Of a stretch of DNA of 64,000 nt, positions 17,373-27,073 are shown piece after piece. Origin of the DNA: Verrucomicrobia bacterium UBA3841 (GTDB lineage Bacteria; Verrucomicrobiota; Kiritimatiellia; RFP12; UBA1067); the NCBI GenBank assembly GCA_002392765.1, contig DGHT01000014.1, positions 38,951 to 102,950 on the forward strand, written 5' to 3'. The stretch's first letter is position 1; every line of letters starts with the position of its first letter. A program made the position numbers and the translations under genes. Below the pieces are notes generated by a model, which saw nothing but the letters and a program-made list of their open reading frames with translations, searched no databases and was not told the DNA's origin.

Positions 17373-18235
17373 ACCGGAGCGTCTCTCGTCCCGCGCCAGT
17401 GGGAAAGGCGCTGCACGAATCTGCGCAGGGGCGCCATCGGAATATCGCCCCAGGCGTCCGGACGTCTGACCAGATACAGCCAGTCGCGGAGCGTCTCGCG
17501 GAAAGCCCCCGCGATTTCGCGCGCGAGCGACGGTCTGTCGCCGAATATCGCCCGGTCCGCCGCCCCTTCGCCGCGGAAGCGGCGCGCCAGTTCCGCGATC
17601 GTGTAGTTGTGCGAGTGCTCGACGCGCGAATCGGGGCAATAGACGATCCTGACCGGATTCTCCGCGCGTCTGGAATTCCGCCACGTCCACTCGACGTCTT
17701 CCGAGTACTGGATATTCTCGTCGAAGGGAACGTCCAGCAGATTCTTCCTCCATGTGGCGGAACTGGCCAGCGAGAAGAAGAATCGCCATGTCGCCTGCAC
17801 CTTTCCGTCGCCGAACGCCCGCTCGGAGTCTTTCCTGACGAGCGCCTGCGCGTCGGGACGCGGCAGCTGGTTGGCAAACGCGAACACCGGCGCGTCGCGT
17901 CCGGATTCGACAAGCGGCCTGACAAGTCCGGCGAGCCATTCCCGGTCGAGCGGCACCGCATCAGAATTGTTGAATACGACGATATCCCCTTTCGCGGCGC
18001 GGACAAGAGCGTTGAGCGTCCTGCCGGGCTTGTACTTTCCGGCCGGGCGTTCGAAAAAGCGAACCGGGAAACGCGCGGCGATCTCCCGCGTGCGGTCGGT
18101 CGACGCGTCGTCGCAGACAACCACCTCGAACGGCGCGAGGGACTGCGAGAAAACGCTTTCAAGCGTGCGGCCTATCAACGCCTCGTCGTTGCGCGCCCTG
18201 ACGAGAACGCTCACGGAGGGAGCGTCACTTTCCAC
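17369..18235 (-). CDS. Family 2 glycosyltransferase
   Basis: ORF 17369..18436. I place the start at GTG 18235 (GGAGG 6 nt upstream, 11-nt overlap with the upstream stop), giving (M)ESDAPSVSVLVRARNDEALIGRTLESVFSQSL..VVVCDDASTDRT..NSDAVP. Confidence 0.7.
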   Translation of the reverse strand: MESDAPSVSVLVRARNDEALIGRTLESVFSQSLAPFEVVVCDDASTDRTREIAARFPVRFFERPAGKYKPGRTLNALVRAAKGDIVVFNNSDAVPLDREWLAGLVRPLVESGRDAPVFAFANQLPRPDAQALVRKDSERAFGDGKVQATWRFFFSLASSATWRKNLLDVPFDENIQYSEDVEWTWRNSRRAENPVRIVYCPDSRVEHSHNYTIAELARRFRGEGAADRAIFGDRPSLAREIAGAFRETLRDWLYLVRRPDAWGDIPMAPLRRFVQRLSHWRGTRDAPV

Positions 18236-19376
18236 TGCACGCCTCCAGTCCAGATACGAATTCAGCGCGTGCCTTTTCGAGGCGCGCGCGCAGTCCGGCG
18301 TACGCTTTCCCGCAGACCGCATCCCAGTCGCCGCGATCGGCAAGCGCCGCAAGGACATGCCGCGCGACACGCGCCCAGTCGCAGGAATAGACGTCTCCTT
18401 CCACCGTCCTTCCGAAATTGGAGAGCCAGTTCGCAAGTTTCGACCCGCGTGCTATGCCCATCACCGGAACGCCGACGTTCGCCGCCAGAATGAGAAGATG
18501 CAGGCGGCTCGACAGCACCACGTCGCACTTCGCCGCCGCCTCCGCGACGGCCTCCGGCGTCGTTCCCTCTATGCACGCAACGCCGAGTTTCTCCAGCAGC
18601 GCCCTGTCGGTCTTCGGATTCATAGGTATGCCCAAGACCTCCGCGCCGGACGCGCGCACCGTGTCGATCATGCCCTTCACTCCGTCGAGATCCGCCACCT
18701 GGCGCTGCGTGGAGATGCACAGACCCAGAGTGCGGGGACGGGGGAGAGAGGAATTGCGGGATTGCGGAATTGTGGAATCATGGGAGTGCGGGCGGGGGAG
18801 CAGTATGGCCGTGTCCGCGGCCACGCCCGCGCCCGGGAAACCCATCGAGGCGAGCATCGCGGCGCTTTGGGGGTCGCGCAACCACACGCCTTTGCAGCGC
18901 GGGAGAATCGTCGAAATCCTGCGGACGAGTCTGGCGCGCAAATGCCGCTCGTACGCGCCAGCGAGCCCGATACACCGCAGGAGAGCGCGGCGCTTTCCGC
19001 GCACCTTGAAGAATACCGGATTGAGTTCGTCGTCCATTCCCACTCCCCATACGAAGGAAGGGATTCCCGCGTTCTGGGCAGTCTCCAGAAGATCGAGCGC
19101 CGCTTGCGGATAGTCGGAAAGGCCGGTCGCGCCGCACCAGACGTACGCATCGTGCCTGCGGACCGCCTCCGCGAAGCCGTCAACCGGACAGCCCGCGAAA
19201 CCGAAGGGTTTTACAACGTCCACGCCAAGCAGCTCCGCAGTCCCGGGGTCGGCCGTGGCGACGGTCAATTCCACGCCTGGGATCGACTCTTTCAGCATCG
19301 AAACGACGCAGGCGATGATCGCCTCGTCGCCGATATTGTCGCATCCTAAAGGTATGCCGCCTAGAAGTATTTTCAT
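18225..19376 (-). CDS. Polysaccharide pyruvyl transferase family protein
   Basis: 383 aa. The MKILLGGIPLGCDNIGDEAIIACVVSML N-terminus and C-terminal SSRLHLLILAANVGVPVMGIA are typical of the family by eye. Confidence 0.7.
   Translation of the reverse strand: MKILLGGIPLGCDNIGDEAIIACVVSMLKESIPGVELTVATADPGTAELLGVDVVKPFGFAGCPVDGFAEAVRRHDAYVWCGATGLSDYPQAALDLLETAQNAGIPSFVWGVGMDDELNPVFFKVRGKRRALLRCIGLAGAYERHLRARLVRRISTILPRCKGVWLRDPQSAAMLASMGFPGAGVAADTAILLPRPHSHDSTIPQSRNSSLPRPRTLGLCISTQRQVADLDGVKGMIDTVRASGAEVLGIPMNPKTDRALLEKLGVACIEGTTPEAVAEAAAKCDVVLSSRLHLLILAANVGVPVMGIARGSKLANWLSNFGRTVEGDVYSCDWARVARHVLAALADRGDWDAVCGKAYAGLRARLEKARAEFVSGLEACSGK
18750..18797. repeat. Octanucleotide tandem array (GGRATTRY-like), 6 units = 48 bp, in frame inside the pyruvyl transferase CDS
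   Basis: ggaattgc gggattgc ggaattgt ggaatcat gggagtgc gggcgggg. The same repeat family occurs at 56595..56642. Confidence 0.8.
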
Positions 19377-19411
19377 TCTTTACCGTGTCTCTGATTTATC
19401 CACCTCCATAA

Positions 19412-19420
19412 ATTATATCA
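19412..19420 (-). promoter_or_regulatory. Candidate extended -10 (TGATATAAT) for the pyruvyl transferase/GT2 operon
   Basis: Minus strand has TGATATAAT about 36 nt upstream of ATG 19376. No convincing -35. Confidence 0.4.
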
Positions 19421-19474
19421 AAAACGGGCAGCAAACGCGAGAGCATTCCGGCGACGTTTTTTTGCCTGCGCCAG

Positions 19475-19503
19475 TTGCCATTCGACGAACAATATGAGAT
19501 AAT
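19475..19503 (+). promoter_or_regulatory. Candidate sigma70 promoter for the lipoprotein gene
   Basis: TTGCCA (19475..19480) - 17 nt - GATAAT (19498..19503). AAAGGAAAGGAA RBS lies before ATG 19531. Confidence 0.45.
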
Positions 19504-19530
19504 ATATGCAACAAAGGAAAGGAACTTTAA

Positions 19531-20223
19531 ATGCATACGAAATTTCTGACCGTAATGGCCGCCGCCGTCATTGCCCAGGGATGCTTCACGATATCCCAGA
19601 GCGAATATCCCGCCGTTGAACTTGCACAGGCGAAAGGAGACGATGTGCGCATCTCTCTTTCCGGATTCGAGACGACCGACATATCATACACTCCCGTGTA
19701 CGGATATTCCACAGTTTGGGGCAGCTCGCCCGGATACTGGCATCGAGGTCATTACCACGGCGGCGAGATTTATCCGCAGACGGTTTCGACAACGACATAC
19801 GTCCCGGAACGGAGAATTTCCACAGACTTCGCGGAAAGGGCGCAGGACGCTTTCGAGTCCGCCGGATTCATCGTTTCAGCAACCAACCCGGCCTACACCA
19901 TCGATCTGAAATTCACCGGTGTGGTTAAAACCGATGCCGACAGCACGCGCGAGGCGGCGTGCATGCTCCTGTCGCTGCTAACGGCCGACTGGACGAGAGA
20001 GACGTGGAACGCCAGGCTCAAGATCACGGACAGCGCCTCCGGCAAGGTCCTGTTCTCGCGCACGTACTCGCAGACGTATTCGGCCGCCGTATGGGGTCCG
20101 ATACCGCTTTTCAGTCCGCTGAGCGCGAGCGAAGTCTCCGACAGCTACATAAAAGGATGGTGCCTGTCCGCTCTGACGGACCGCGCCGTCTCGGACGCCA
20201 CGGCGTATCTCTCCCAACGCTAG
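19531..20223 (+). CDS. Hypothetical lipoprotein
   Basis: 230 aa. MHTKFLTVMAAAVIAQGC has a lipobox-like IAQGC. No family recognised. Confidence 0.55.
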   Translation: MHTKFLTVMAAAVIAQGCFTISQSEYPAVELAQAKGDDVRISLSGFETTDISYTPVYGYSTVWGSSPGYWHRGHYHGGEIYPQTVSTTTYVPERRISTDFAERAQDAFESAGFIVSATNPAYTIDLKFTGVVKTDADSTREAACMLLSLLTADWTRETWNARLKITDSASGKVLFSRTYSQTYSAAVWGPIPLFSPLSASEVSDSYIKGWCLSALTDRAVSDATAYLSQR

Positions 20224-20227
20224 CGCA

Positions 20228-20237
20228 CCCCCCCCCC
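20228..20237. repeat. Poly-C homopolymer (10 nt)
   Basis: C10 run 5 nt after the lipoprotein stop, in the convergent gap with tRNA-Gln. Confidence 0.9.
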
Positions 20238-20295
20238 ATGCGGGCTGAAAAATGCATTTGACCCTCTGTTATAGGTTTTATAGGGGGATTTTAGC

Positions 20296-20369
20296 TGGTT
20301 GCCTCGCAGGGACTCGAACCCCAACAAGCAGAATCAGAATCTGCGGTGCTACCATTACACCACGAGGCA
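20296..20369 (-). tRNA. tRNA-Gln (anticodon CUG), CCA encoded
   Basis: Hand fold of TGCCTCG-TG-GTGT-AATGGTA-GCAC-C-GCAGA-TTCTGAT-TCTGC-TTGT-TGGGG-TTCGAGT-CCCTG-CGAGGCA-A-CCA. It has a 7-bp acceptor stem, and the anticodon loop U-U-CUG-A-U resembles E. coli tRNA-Gln. Confidence 0.85.
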
Positions 20370-20392
20370 ATCAATGCTCGTACCTTTCGTAA

Positions 20393-20469
20393 TGGCGGGG
20401 TCGACGGGGCTCGAACCCGCAACCCCCGGATCGACAGTCCAGTGCGCTAACCAATTGCGCCACAACCCC
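20393..20469 (-). tRNA. tRNA-Asp (anticodon GUC), CCA encoded
   Basis: GGGGTTGTGGCGCAATTGGTTAGCGCACTGGACTGTCGATCCGGGGGTTGCGGGTTCGAGCCCCGTCGACCCCGCCA. The anticodon loop is CU-GUC-GA, and the T-arm GCGGGTTCGAGCCCCGT is typical of bacterial tRNA-Asp. Confidence 0.88.
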
Positions 20470-20489
20470 GTTTTCCGAAAAGTGAAGAT

Positions 20490-20519
20490 ATTATATCATA
20501 TTTTCCGGTTGAATTGCAA
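20490..20519 (-). promoter_or_regulatory. Sigma70-type promoter for the tRNA-Asp/tRNA-Gln operon
   Basis: Minus strand reads TTGCAA (20519..20514) - 18 nt - TATAAT (20495..20490), preceded by TGA (TGATATAAT). The predicted start is about 14 nt before the tRNA-Asp 5' end. Confidence 0.6.
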
Positions 20520-20585
20520 GAGGATTTTTCAACTTTTTTTGTTGGGCTGATTTGAGATTGCCCGCCGCCGCAGTCGGGGCCACAA

Positions 20586-20620
20586 TGCAAAAGGCCCCGG
20601 AGGGGACTCCGGGGCCTTTC
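20586..20620 (-). terminator. Rho-independent terminator after groEL (palindromic, possibly bidirectional)
   Basis: GGCCCCGGAG-GGGA-CTCCGGGGCC (20593..20616) is flanked by an A-run on one side and TTTCTTT on the other. It lies 25 nt downstream of the groEL stop. Confidence 0.7.
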
Positions 20621-20640
20621 TTTAGCATGTCAGGCGTCTA

Positions 20641-22293
<1,653 letters not shown>

Positions 22294-22321
22294 TTAGATT
22301 GCTTTTGTTTCGGGGCTGGTT

Positions 22322-22368
22322 TTCGATTGCGGCCGACCGCCGTCGAAAGCGGTCGATTGCAGTCGAAA
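22322..22368 (+). promoter_or_regulatory. Five 10-bp-phased heptads (TTCGATT, GCCGACC, GTCGAAA, GTCGATT, GTCGAAA) in the groES-groEL spacer
   Basis: Heptads start at 22322, 22332, 22342, 22352 and 22362 on the plus strand. The 15-mer GTCGAAAGCGGTCGA (22342..22356) recurs inverted at 22734..22748. Confidence 0.4.
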
Positions 22369-22385
22369 GTCCAGCCGCAAATCTT

Positions 22386-22673
22386 TTACTTCTCGATAAC
22401 GCCCAGGAGATCTTCCTCTCTCACGAGCTGGAGTTTCTTTCCATCGAGCTTGACTTCCGTTCCGCCGTACTTCGGCAGCAGCACCGTGTCGCCGGCCTTG
22501 ACGTCGAACTTGATCTCCTTGCCGTCCTTGTCGAGCTTCTTGCCGACCGCGATGACCTTGCCCTGCATGGGCTTTTCCTTAGCGGAATCGGGGATTATGA
22601 TTCCGCCGACGGTCTGTTCCTTCTCTTCGATGGGTTCGACCAGAACGCGGTCGCCCAGAGGTCTGATTTTCAT
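22386..22673 (-). CDS. groS: Co-chaperonin GroES
   Basis: 95 aa. [44 protein letters not shown] is canonical. Confidence 0.97.
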   Translation of the reverse strand: MKIRPLGDRVLVEPIEEKEQTVGGIIIPDSAKEKPMQGKVIAVGKKLDKDGKEIKFDVKAGDTVLLPKYGGTEVKLDGKKLQLVREEDLLGVIEK

Positions 22674-22701
22674 TGTTTTACCTTTCTGTTGTTTTCTTCA
22701 T

Positions 22702-22748
22702 TTCCGATTGCTGTCGACAGCCGTCAATCGCTTTCGACCGCTTTCGAC
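22702..22748 (-). promoter_or_regulatory. Five 10-bp-phased heptads (GTCGAAA, GTCGAAA, ATTGACG, GTCGACA, ATCGGAA) in the dnaK-groES spacer
   Basis: Minus strand reads GTCGAAA-GCG-GTCGAAA-GCG-ATTGACG-GCT-GTCGACA-GCA-ATCGGAA. It contains the palindrome GCTGTCGACAGC flanked by CGATT/AATCG. Confidence 0.4.
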
Positions 22749-22753
22749 AAATT

Positions 22754-24697
22754 TTACTTCATCGTGTAGTCGGCGTCGACGACATCGTCTCCGCCCTTTC
22801 CGGAGTTTCCGGAACCGCCGCCGCTGCCGGAATTTCCGGAAGTTTCGGCATTTCCGGGGTTGGCGCCGGCGCCCGCCGCGCCCTGGCCCGCCTGCTGCGA
22901 GGAGGCGTACATCTCCTGCGCGACAGGCTCCATCGCCTTCATGAGCGCGTCTTCCTTCGCCTTGATGTCGGCAAGGGGTGCCGGAGGCTGCTTGGCGAGC
23001 TCGTCCTTGAGAGCCTTGAGAGCCGCCTCGACGGGAGCCTTCTTGTCGGCGGATATCTTGTCGCCGGAATCGCGGAGGGTCTTTTCGACCTGGAAGGCGA
23101 GACCGTCGGCCTTGTTGCGGGCCTCGACTTCCTCATGGCGCTTTTCATCCTCGGCGGCGTGCGCCTCGGCGTCCTTGCGCATCTTCTCGATCTCCTCCTT
23201 CGACAGGCCGCCCGCCGCGGTGATGGTGATCTTCTGCTCCTTCTGGGTGCCGAGATCCTTCGCCGAAACGTTCAGTATGCCGTTGGCGTCGATGTCGAAC
23301 GTCACCTCGATCTGAGGAACGCCGCGCGGCGCGGGCGGGATGCCGTCGAGATTGAAATTGCCGAGAGACTTGTTGTCCCTGGCCATCTTGCGGTCGCCCT
23401 GGAAGATCGCGATCGTCACGGCCGGCTGGTTGTCGGCCGCGGTGGAGAACACCTGCGACTTCTTCGCCGGAATCGTGGTGTTGCGCTCGATGAGCGGGGT
23501 CATTACGCCGCCGAGCGTCTCGATGCCGAGCGTGAGAGGCGTGACGTCGAGAAGCAGAACGTCCTTGACCTCGCCCTTGAGGATGCCGCCCTGGATCGCG
23601 GCGCCCATCGCGACGACTTCGTCGGGGTTGACGCCCTTGTGGGGCTCCTTCCCGAAGAGGCTCTTCGCCTTCTCCTGGATGAGCGGCATTCTCGTCTGGC
23701 CGCCGACGAGCACCACCTCGTCCACGGACGAAAGATCCGCGTCGGACATGCACTTGCGGCACGGCTCGGAAGTCCTGTTGACGAGATCCATGGTGAGGGT
23801 TTCGAGTTTGGACTTCGTGAGCGTGGCCTGCAAATGCTTGGGACCGGTCGCGTCGGCGGTGATGTACGGCAGGTTGATGTCGAACGTAGTGGTGGAGGAC
23901 AGAGCGCACTTCGCCTTTTCCGCCTCCTCTTTCAGACGCTGCAGCGCCATCATGTCGTTCGACAGGTCGATGCCCTGCTGCGCCTTGAAATCGTCGATCA
24001 GCCATTTCATAATCGCCTGGTCGAGGTCGTCGCCGCCCAGGTGCGTGTCGCCGTTCGTGGCCTTCACCTCGAAAACGCCGTCTCCGATGTCGAGAACCGA
24101 AATATCGAACGTTCCGCCGCCGAAATCGTACACGGCGATTTTCTCGTTCTTCTTCTTGTCGAGACCATACGCGAGCGAAGCGGCTGTCGGCTCGTTGACG
24201 ATACGCTTGACGTCAAGCCCGGCTATCTTGCCGGCGTCCTTCGTCGCCTGCCTCTGCTGGTCGTTGAAGTAAGCCGGGACGGTGATGACCGCTTCGGTGA
24301 TTTTCTCGCCCAGAAAGGCCTCCGCGTCTTCCTTCAGTTTGCGCAGCACCATCGCGGAAATCTCCTGCGCGGTGTAGACCTTGCCGGCCACTTCAACGGC
24401 CGCATCGCCGTTCGCGGCCCTGACGACGTTGTACGGGACCATCTTGATCTCGTCCGTCATCTCCTCGTAGCGGCGGCCGATGAATCTCTTGATGGAGTAT
24501 ATCGTCGACTTCGGATTCGTCACGGCCTGACGCTTGGCCGCCTGTCCCACCAGAACTTCGCCCGATTTCGTAAATGCAACGATCGAGGGCGTCGTCCTGG
24601 CGCCTTCTTTATTAGGAATCACAGTAGCTTCGCCACCTTCCATGACAGCCATGCAGCTGTTGGTCGTTCCCAAATCTATACCTAGTACTTTTGCCAT
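22754..24697 (-). CDS. dnaK: Molecular chaperone DnaK (Hsp70)
   Basis: 647 aa. [31 protein letters not shown] and [10 protein letters not shown] are present. The C-terminal tail is Gly/Ser/Asn-rich. Confidence 0.97.
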   Translation of the reverse strand: MAKVLGIDLGTTNSCMAVMEGGEATVIPNKEGARTTPSIVAFTKSGEVLVGQAAKRQAVTNPKSTIYSIKRFIGRRYEEMTDEIKMVPYNVVRAANGDAAVEVAGKVYTAQEISAMVLRKLKEDAEAFLGEKITEAVITVPAYFNDQQRQATKDAGKIAGLDVKRIVNEPTAASLAYGLDKKKNEKIAVYDFGGGTFDISVLDIGDGVFEVKATNGDTHLGGDDLDQAIMKWLIDDFKAQQGIDLSNDMMALQRLKEEAEKAKCALSSTTTFDINLPYITADATGPKHLQATLTKSKLETLTMDLVNRTSEPCRKCMSDADLSSVDEVVLVGGQTRMPLIQEKAKSLFGKEPHKGVNPDEVVAMGAAIQGGILKGEVKDVLLLDVTPLTLGIETLGGVMTPLIERNTTIPAKKSQVFSTAADNQPAVTIAIFQGDRKMARDNKSLGNFNLDGIPPAPRGVPQIEVTFDIDANGILNVSAKDLGTQKEQKITITAAGGLSKEEIEKMRKDAEAHAAEDEKRHEEVEARNKADGLAFQVEKTLRDSGDKISADKKAPVEAALKALKDELAKQPPAPLADIKAKEDALMKAMEPVAQEMYASSQQAGQGAAGAGANPGNAETSGNSGSGGGSGNSGKGGDDVVDADYTMK

Positions 24698-24743
24698 ATC
24701 TTATGTTCCTTGTCTACCGTTTTTGGAACGGTACAAAGACATA

Positions 24744-24759
24744 AGCAAAAAGCGTGCCA
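24744..24759 (-). promoter_or_regulatory. Consensus sigma54 (-24/-12) promoter candidate upstream of dnaK
   Basis: Minus strand reads TTGGCACGCTTTTTGCTTAT, i.e. TGGCACG-N4-TTGCT with exact GG-N10-GC spacing. The GC lies 47 nt before the dnaK ATG. It is followed by the stem-loop TACCGTT-CCAAA-AACGGTA (24733..24715) and an AAGGAA RBS. Confidence 0.45.
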
Positions 24760-24798
24760 AAGAGGGGAAAGAGGCGAATGTCACAGAAAAAGGGACAT

Positions 24799-26550
24799 TC
24801 AAACGCCCAAAGCGGGACAAATCTGCCAGCGGCGGGACAATTTGTCGCTATCAACGCCTTTCAAAGTGATTTTCCTGAAGCGGCTTTCGTCTCTGTACGG
24901 CATATCAGGGTTGCCCACCCAGTACAAAGCCTTGTCCGCCCGGCCGCCGTCGTCGTCGTCATGCGCGCTTATGTTGAATCCGAATATGACCGCCTTCTCC
25001 AACGGGGGCGGTTCGGCGAATCCGAGGCATTTCCAGGTAAAGAACAAATCGTATTCGATAAGATATCCGTTGTCCAGCGAAGTGCGCTTTACGGATCCCC
25101 TCCAATCCGTACCGAACGACTTTGGACATGAAGAACGGTCGCTCTGCGCGGCTCCGTTCGCCACAAGCACGTACTCGCCGCCGAAAATACGGCCCGAACC
25201 GGCCCAGAAGTCGGGATTCGAATCGTTGTCGCCGTCGAAGAAGATTTCTATATTGTCGTCGTCCCAGCTGCGGCACGTCAAATCGCCGGGCAGACAATCG
25301 TCCGTAACAAGGGCGTCGTCGCGCACGGTCGCCTTCACGCCGATGCCGTCCCTGAACCTTGCCACGCGGAAAACGAACGAGCAATCGAGGGGATTGGCGG
25401 ACGTGCCGTACTCCCTGTCCCATACGCCGTTCGCGGGCTGGACGCTTTCGAGCCCGCATCCCGATATTTCCGTGTCTCCGTCAAGCTCCGTGCATACGCA
25501 TCCCGAAAGCAGCGCCGAGGCGGCGAGCAGAAACGATGCGGCGGCGCGGCGCGGTTTGAAAATGGAGTAACGCCCTTTCGAAAGACAGGCGGCGGCGATC
25601 GCAAACGCCAGCGCCGGGAACAGGAACAGCTGGTAGCGTTCGGCAAGGCGCAATTCCTCCCTGTTGCGCTCTTCCGCGGCGACCTGCCTCAGGAAGCTGC
25701 GGTATATCGCGCCCAATGTCGTATCGGCCGTGCCTGCCGTCGCCAGCGGTATGTACTTGCCGCCCGATTCGCGGGCGATCGTCTCAAGAACGGAATCGTC
25801 GAGTTTCGTCGTCACCGTCCTGCCCTTGTACTGCTGGTATCCGCCTTTGCCGTCCGGAACCGGGCTCTCCGCGCGCGGATTTCCTATGCCGACGGTAAAC
25901 ACCGGCACCCCGCGCTTCTTCGCCTTTCTCGCGCCTTCCTCCGCTCCGCCGCGCAGGTCGCCTCCGTCGGAGACTATGATTATCGCGCTGTGGTCGGCCT
26001 TCTCGCCGTCCCTGCCGTCCATCTGTCCGATGACGTTGAGCGATTCTTCTATCGCGCTTTTGAAATCGGTTTCGCCGCGCGGCGCCGAATCGACGGTCGT
26101 CTTTTCGAGCGTCGCCCTCAGGAACGACCTGTCCGTCGTGAGCGGACACAGCGCGACGCCCGTTCTTCTGAAGGCGACGAGCGAACACCTGTCGCCTTCC
26201 AGCGAGTCGATTAGATCGGCGATGTCTGCCTTCGCGCGCTCCAGACGGTTGGGCCGCACGTCCTCCGCGAGCATCGATCTCGACACGTCCAGCGCGACGA
26301 CCACGTTTCTGTTCGAGACCGGCTCCCTTACCGTCGTCTTGCCCCACTGCGGCCGCGCGCACGCGACGAACAGGAGGGCGAGGGAAACCGACAGCAGAAG
26401 CAACTGAATGTGAGCCCGGCCGTTTTCCGGCGGCGCGGACGTCATGCGCAGCATCGCCTTCTCGCGCTTGGCCAGCGCGTACGCCGCCATGAACGCGGCG
26501 AAAGGAACCGCCGCGGCGAAAAAAAGAAATGCGGGATGCGCAAAATTCAT
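24799..26550 (-). CDS. BatA/BatB-like von Willebrand factor A membrane protein fused to a C-terminal CBM9/DOMON-like domain
   Basis: 583 aa. N-terminal TM helices are followed by VWA (NVVVALDVSRSMLAEDVRPNRLERAK..IIVSDGGD), a further TM segment, and then DDNIEIFFDGDNDSN..GFNISAHDDDDGG..ALYWVG, which is typical of CBM9-like domains by eye. Confidence 0.7.
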   Translation of the reverse strand: MNFAHPAFLFFAAAVPFAAFMAAYALAKREKAMLRMTSAPPENGRAHIQLLLLSVSLALLFVACARPQWGKTTVREPVSNRNVVVALDVSRSMLAEDVRPNRLERAKADIADLIDSLEGDRCSLVAFRRTGVALCPLTTDRSFLRATLEKTTVDSAPRGETDFKSAIEESLNVIGQMDGRDGEKADHSAIIIVSDGGDLRGGAEEGARKAKKRGVPVFTVGIGNPRAESPVPDGKGGYQQYKGRTVTTKLDDSVLETIARESGGKYIPLATAGTADTTLGAIYRSFLRQVAAEERNREELRLAERYQLFLFPALAFAIAAACLSKGRYSIFKPRRAAASFLLAASALLSGCVCTELDGDTEISGCGLESVQPANGVWDREYGTSANPLDCSFVFRVARFRDGIGVKATVRDDALVTDDCLPGDLTCRSWDDDNIEIFFDGDNDSNPDFWAGSGRIFGGEYVLVANGAAQSDRSSCPKSFGTDWRGSVKRTSLDNGYLIEYDLFFTWKCLGFAEPPPLEKAVIFGFNISAHDDDDGGRADKALYWVGNPDMPYRDESRFRKITLKGVDSDKLSRRWQICPALGV

Positions 26551-26563
26551 TGAGATTCACTCC

Positions 26564-26602
26564 AAAAAAGCAGGGTGCGAATTTGCGCCGCACCCTGTTT
26601 TT
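26564..26602 (-). terminator. Rho-independent terminator after the RRM gene (bidirectional architecture)
   Basis: A6-CAGGGTGCG (26571..26579) - 9-nt loop - CGCACCCTG (26589..26597) - T5. It lies about 25 nt after the stop at 26623. Confidence 0.75.
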
Positions 26603-26622
26603 CAGCAATACCCGGAATTGTA

Positions 26623-26952
26623 TTACCAGCGGGTCTCGCGCCTGGGACCGCGGTCTCCGCCGCGGAATCCGCCGCGTCCGCCGCCGAATCCTCCGCGACG
26701 CTCTTCGCGCGGCTTCGGCTGGGACTCGTTCACGCGCACGGTGCGCCCGTCGAGTTCGTGCCCGTTGAGAGCATCAATCGCCGCCTGCGCCTGCGCCGCG
26801 TCCGGCATCGTCACGAAGCCGAATCCCTTGCTGCGGCCGGTCATGCGATCGGTCACGACACGAACGGCGGTAACTTCGCCATACTGCGCGAACGCCGCCT
26901 TTAGTCCATCGTCGGTGGTCGCGTACGCGAGGTTACCAACATATATTTCCAT
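26623..26952 (-). CDS. RRM-type RNA-binding protein with an RGG tail
   Basis: 109 aa. RNP2 IYVGNL and RNP1 KGFGFVTM are present. The C-terminus is RRGGFGGGRGGFRGGDRG. Confidence 0.88.
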   Translation of the reverse strand: MEIYVGNLAYATTDDGLKAAFAQYGEVTAVRVVTDRMTGRSKGFGFVTMPDAAQAQAAIDALNGHELDGRTVRVNESQPKPREERRGGFGGGRGGFRGGDRGPRRETRW

Positions 26953-27073
26953 CTTGTTTTTCCTTGAGTTTTTCTTTGCGCCGTCCCGAAAGCACCCGCC
27001 CTCTTCAGACCTTGCGCATAGATTCTAACAATTATAGGGAGAATAGTCAACTGAAATTTTGAAAAAATATGCG

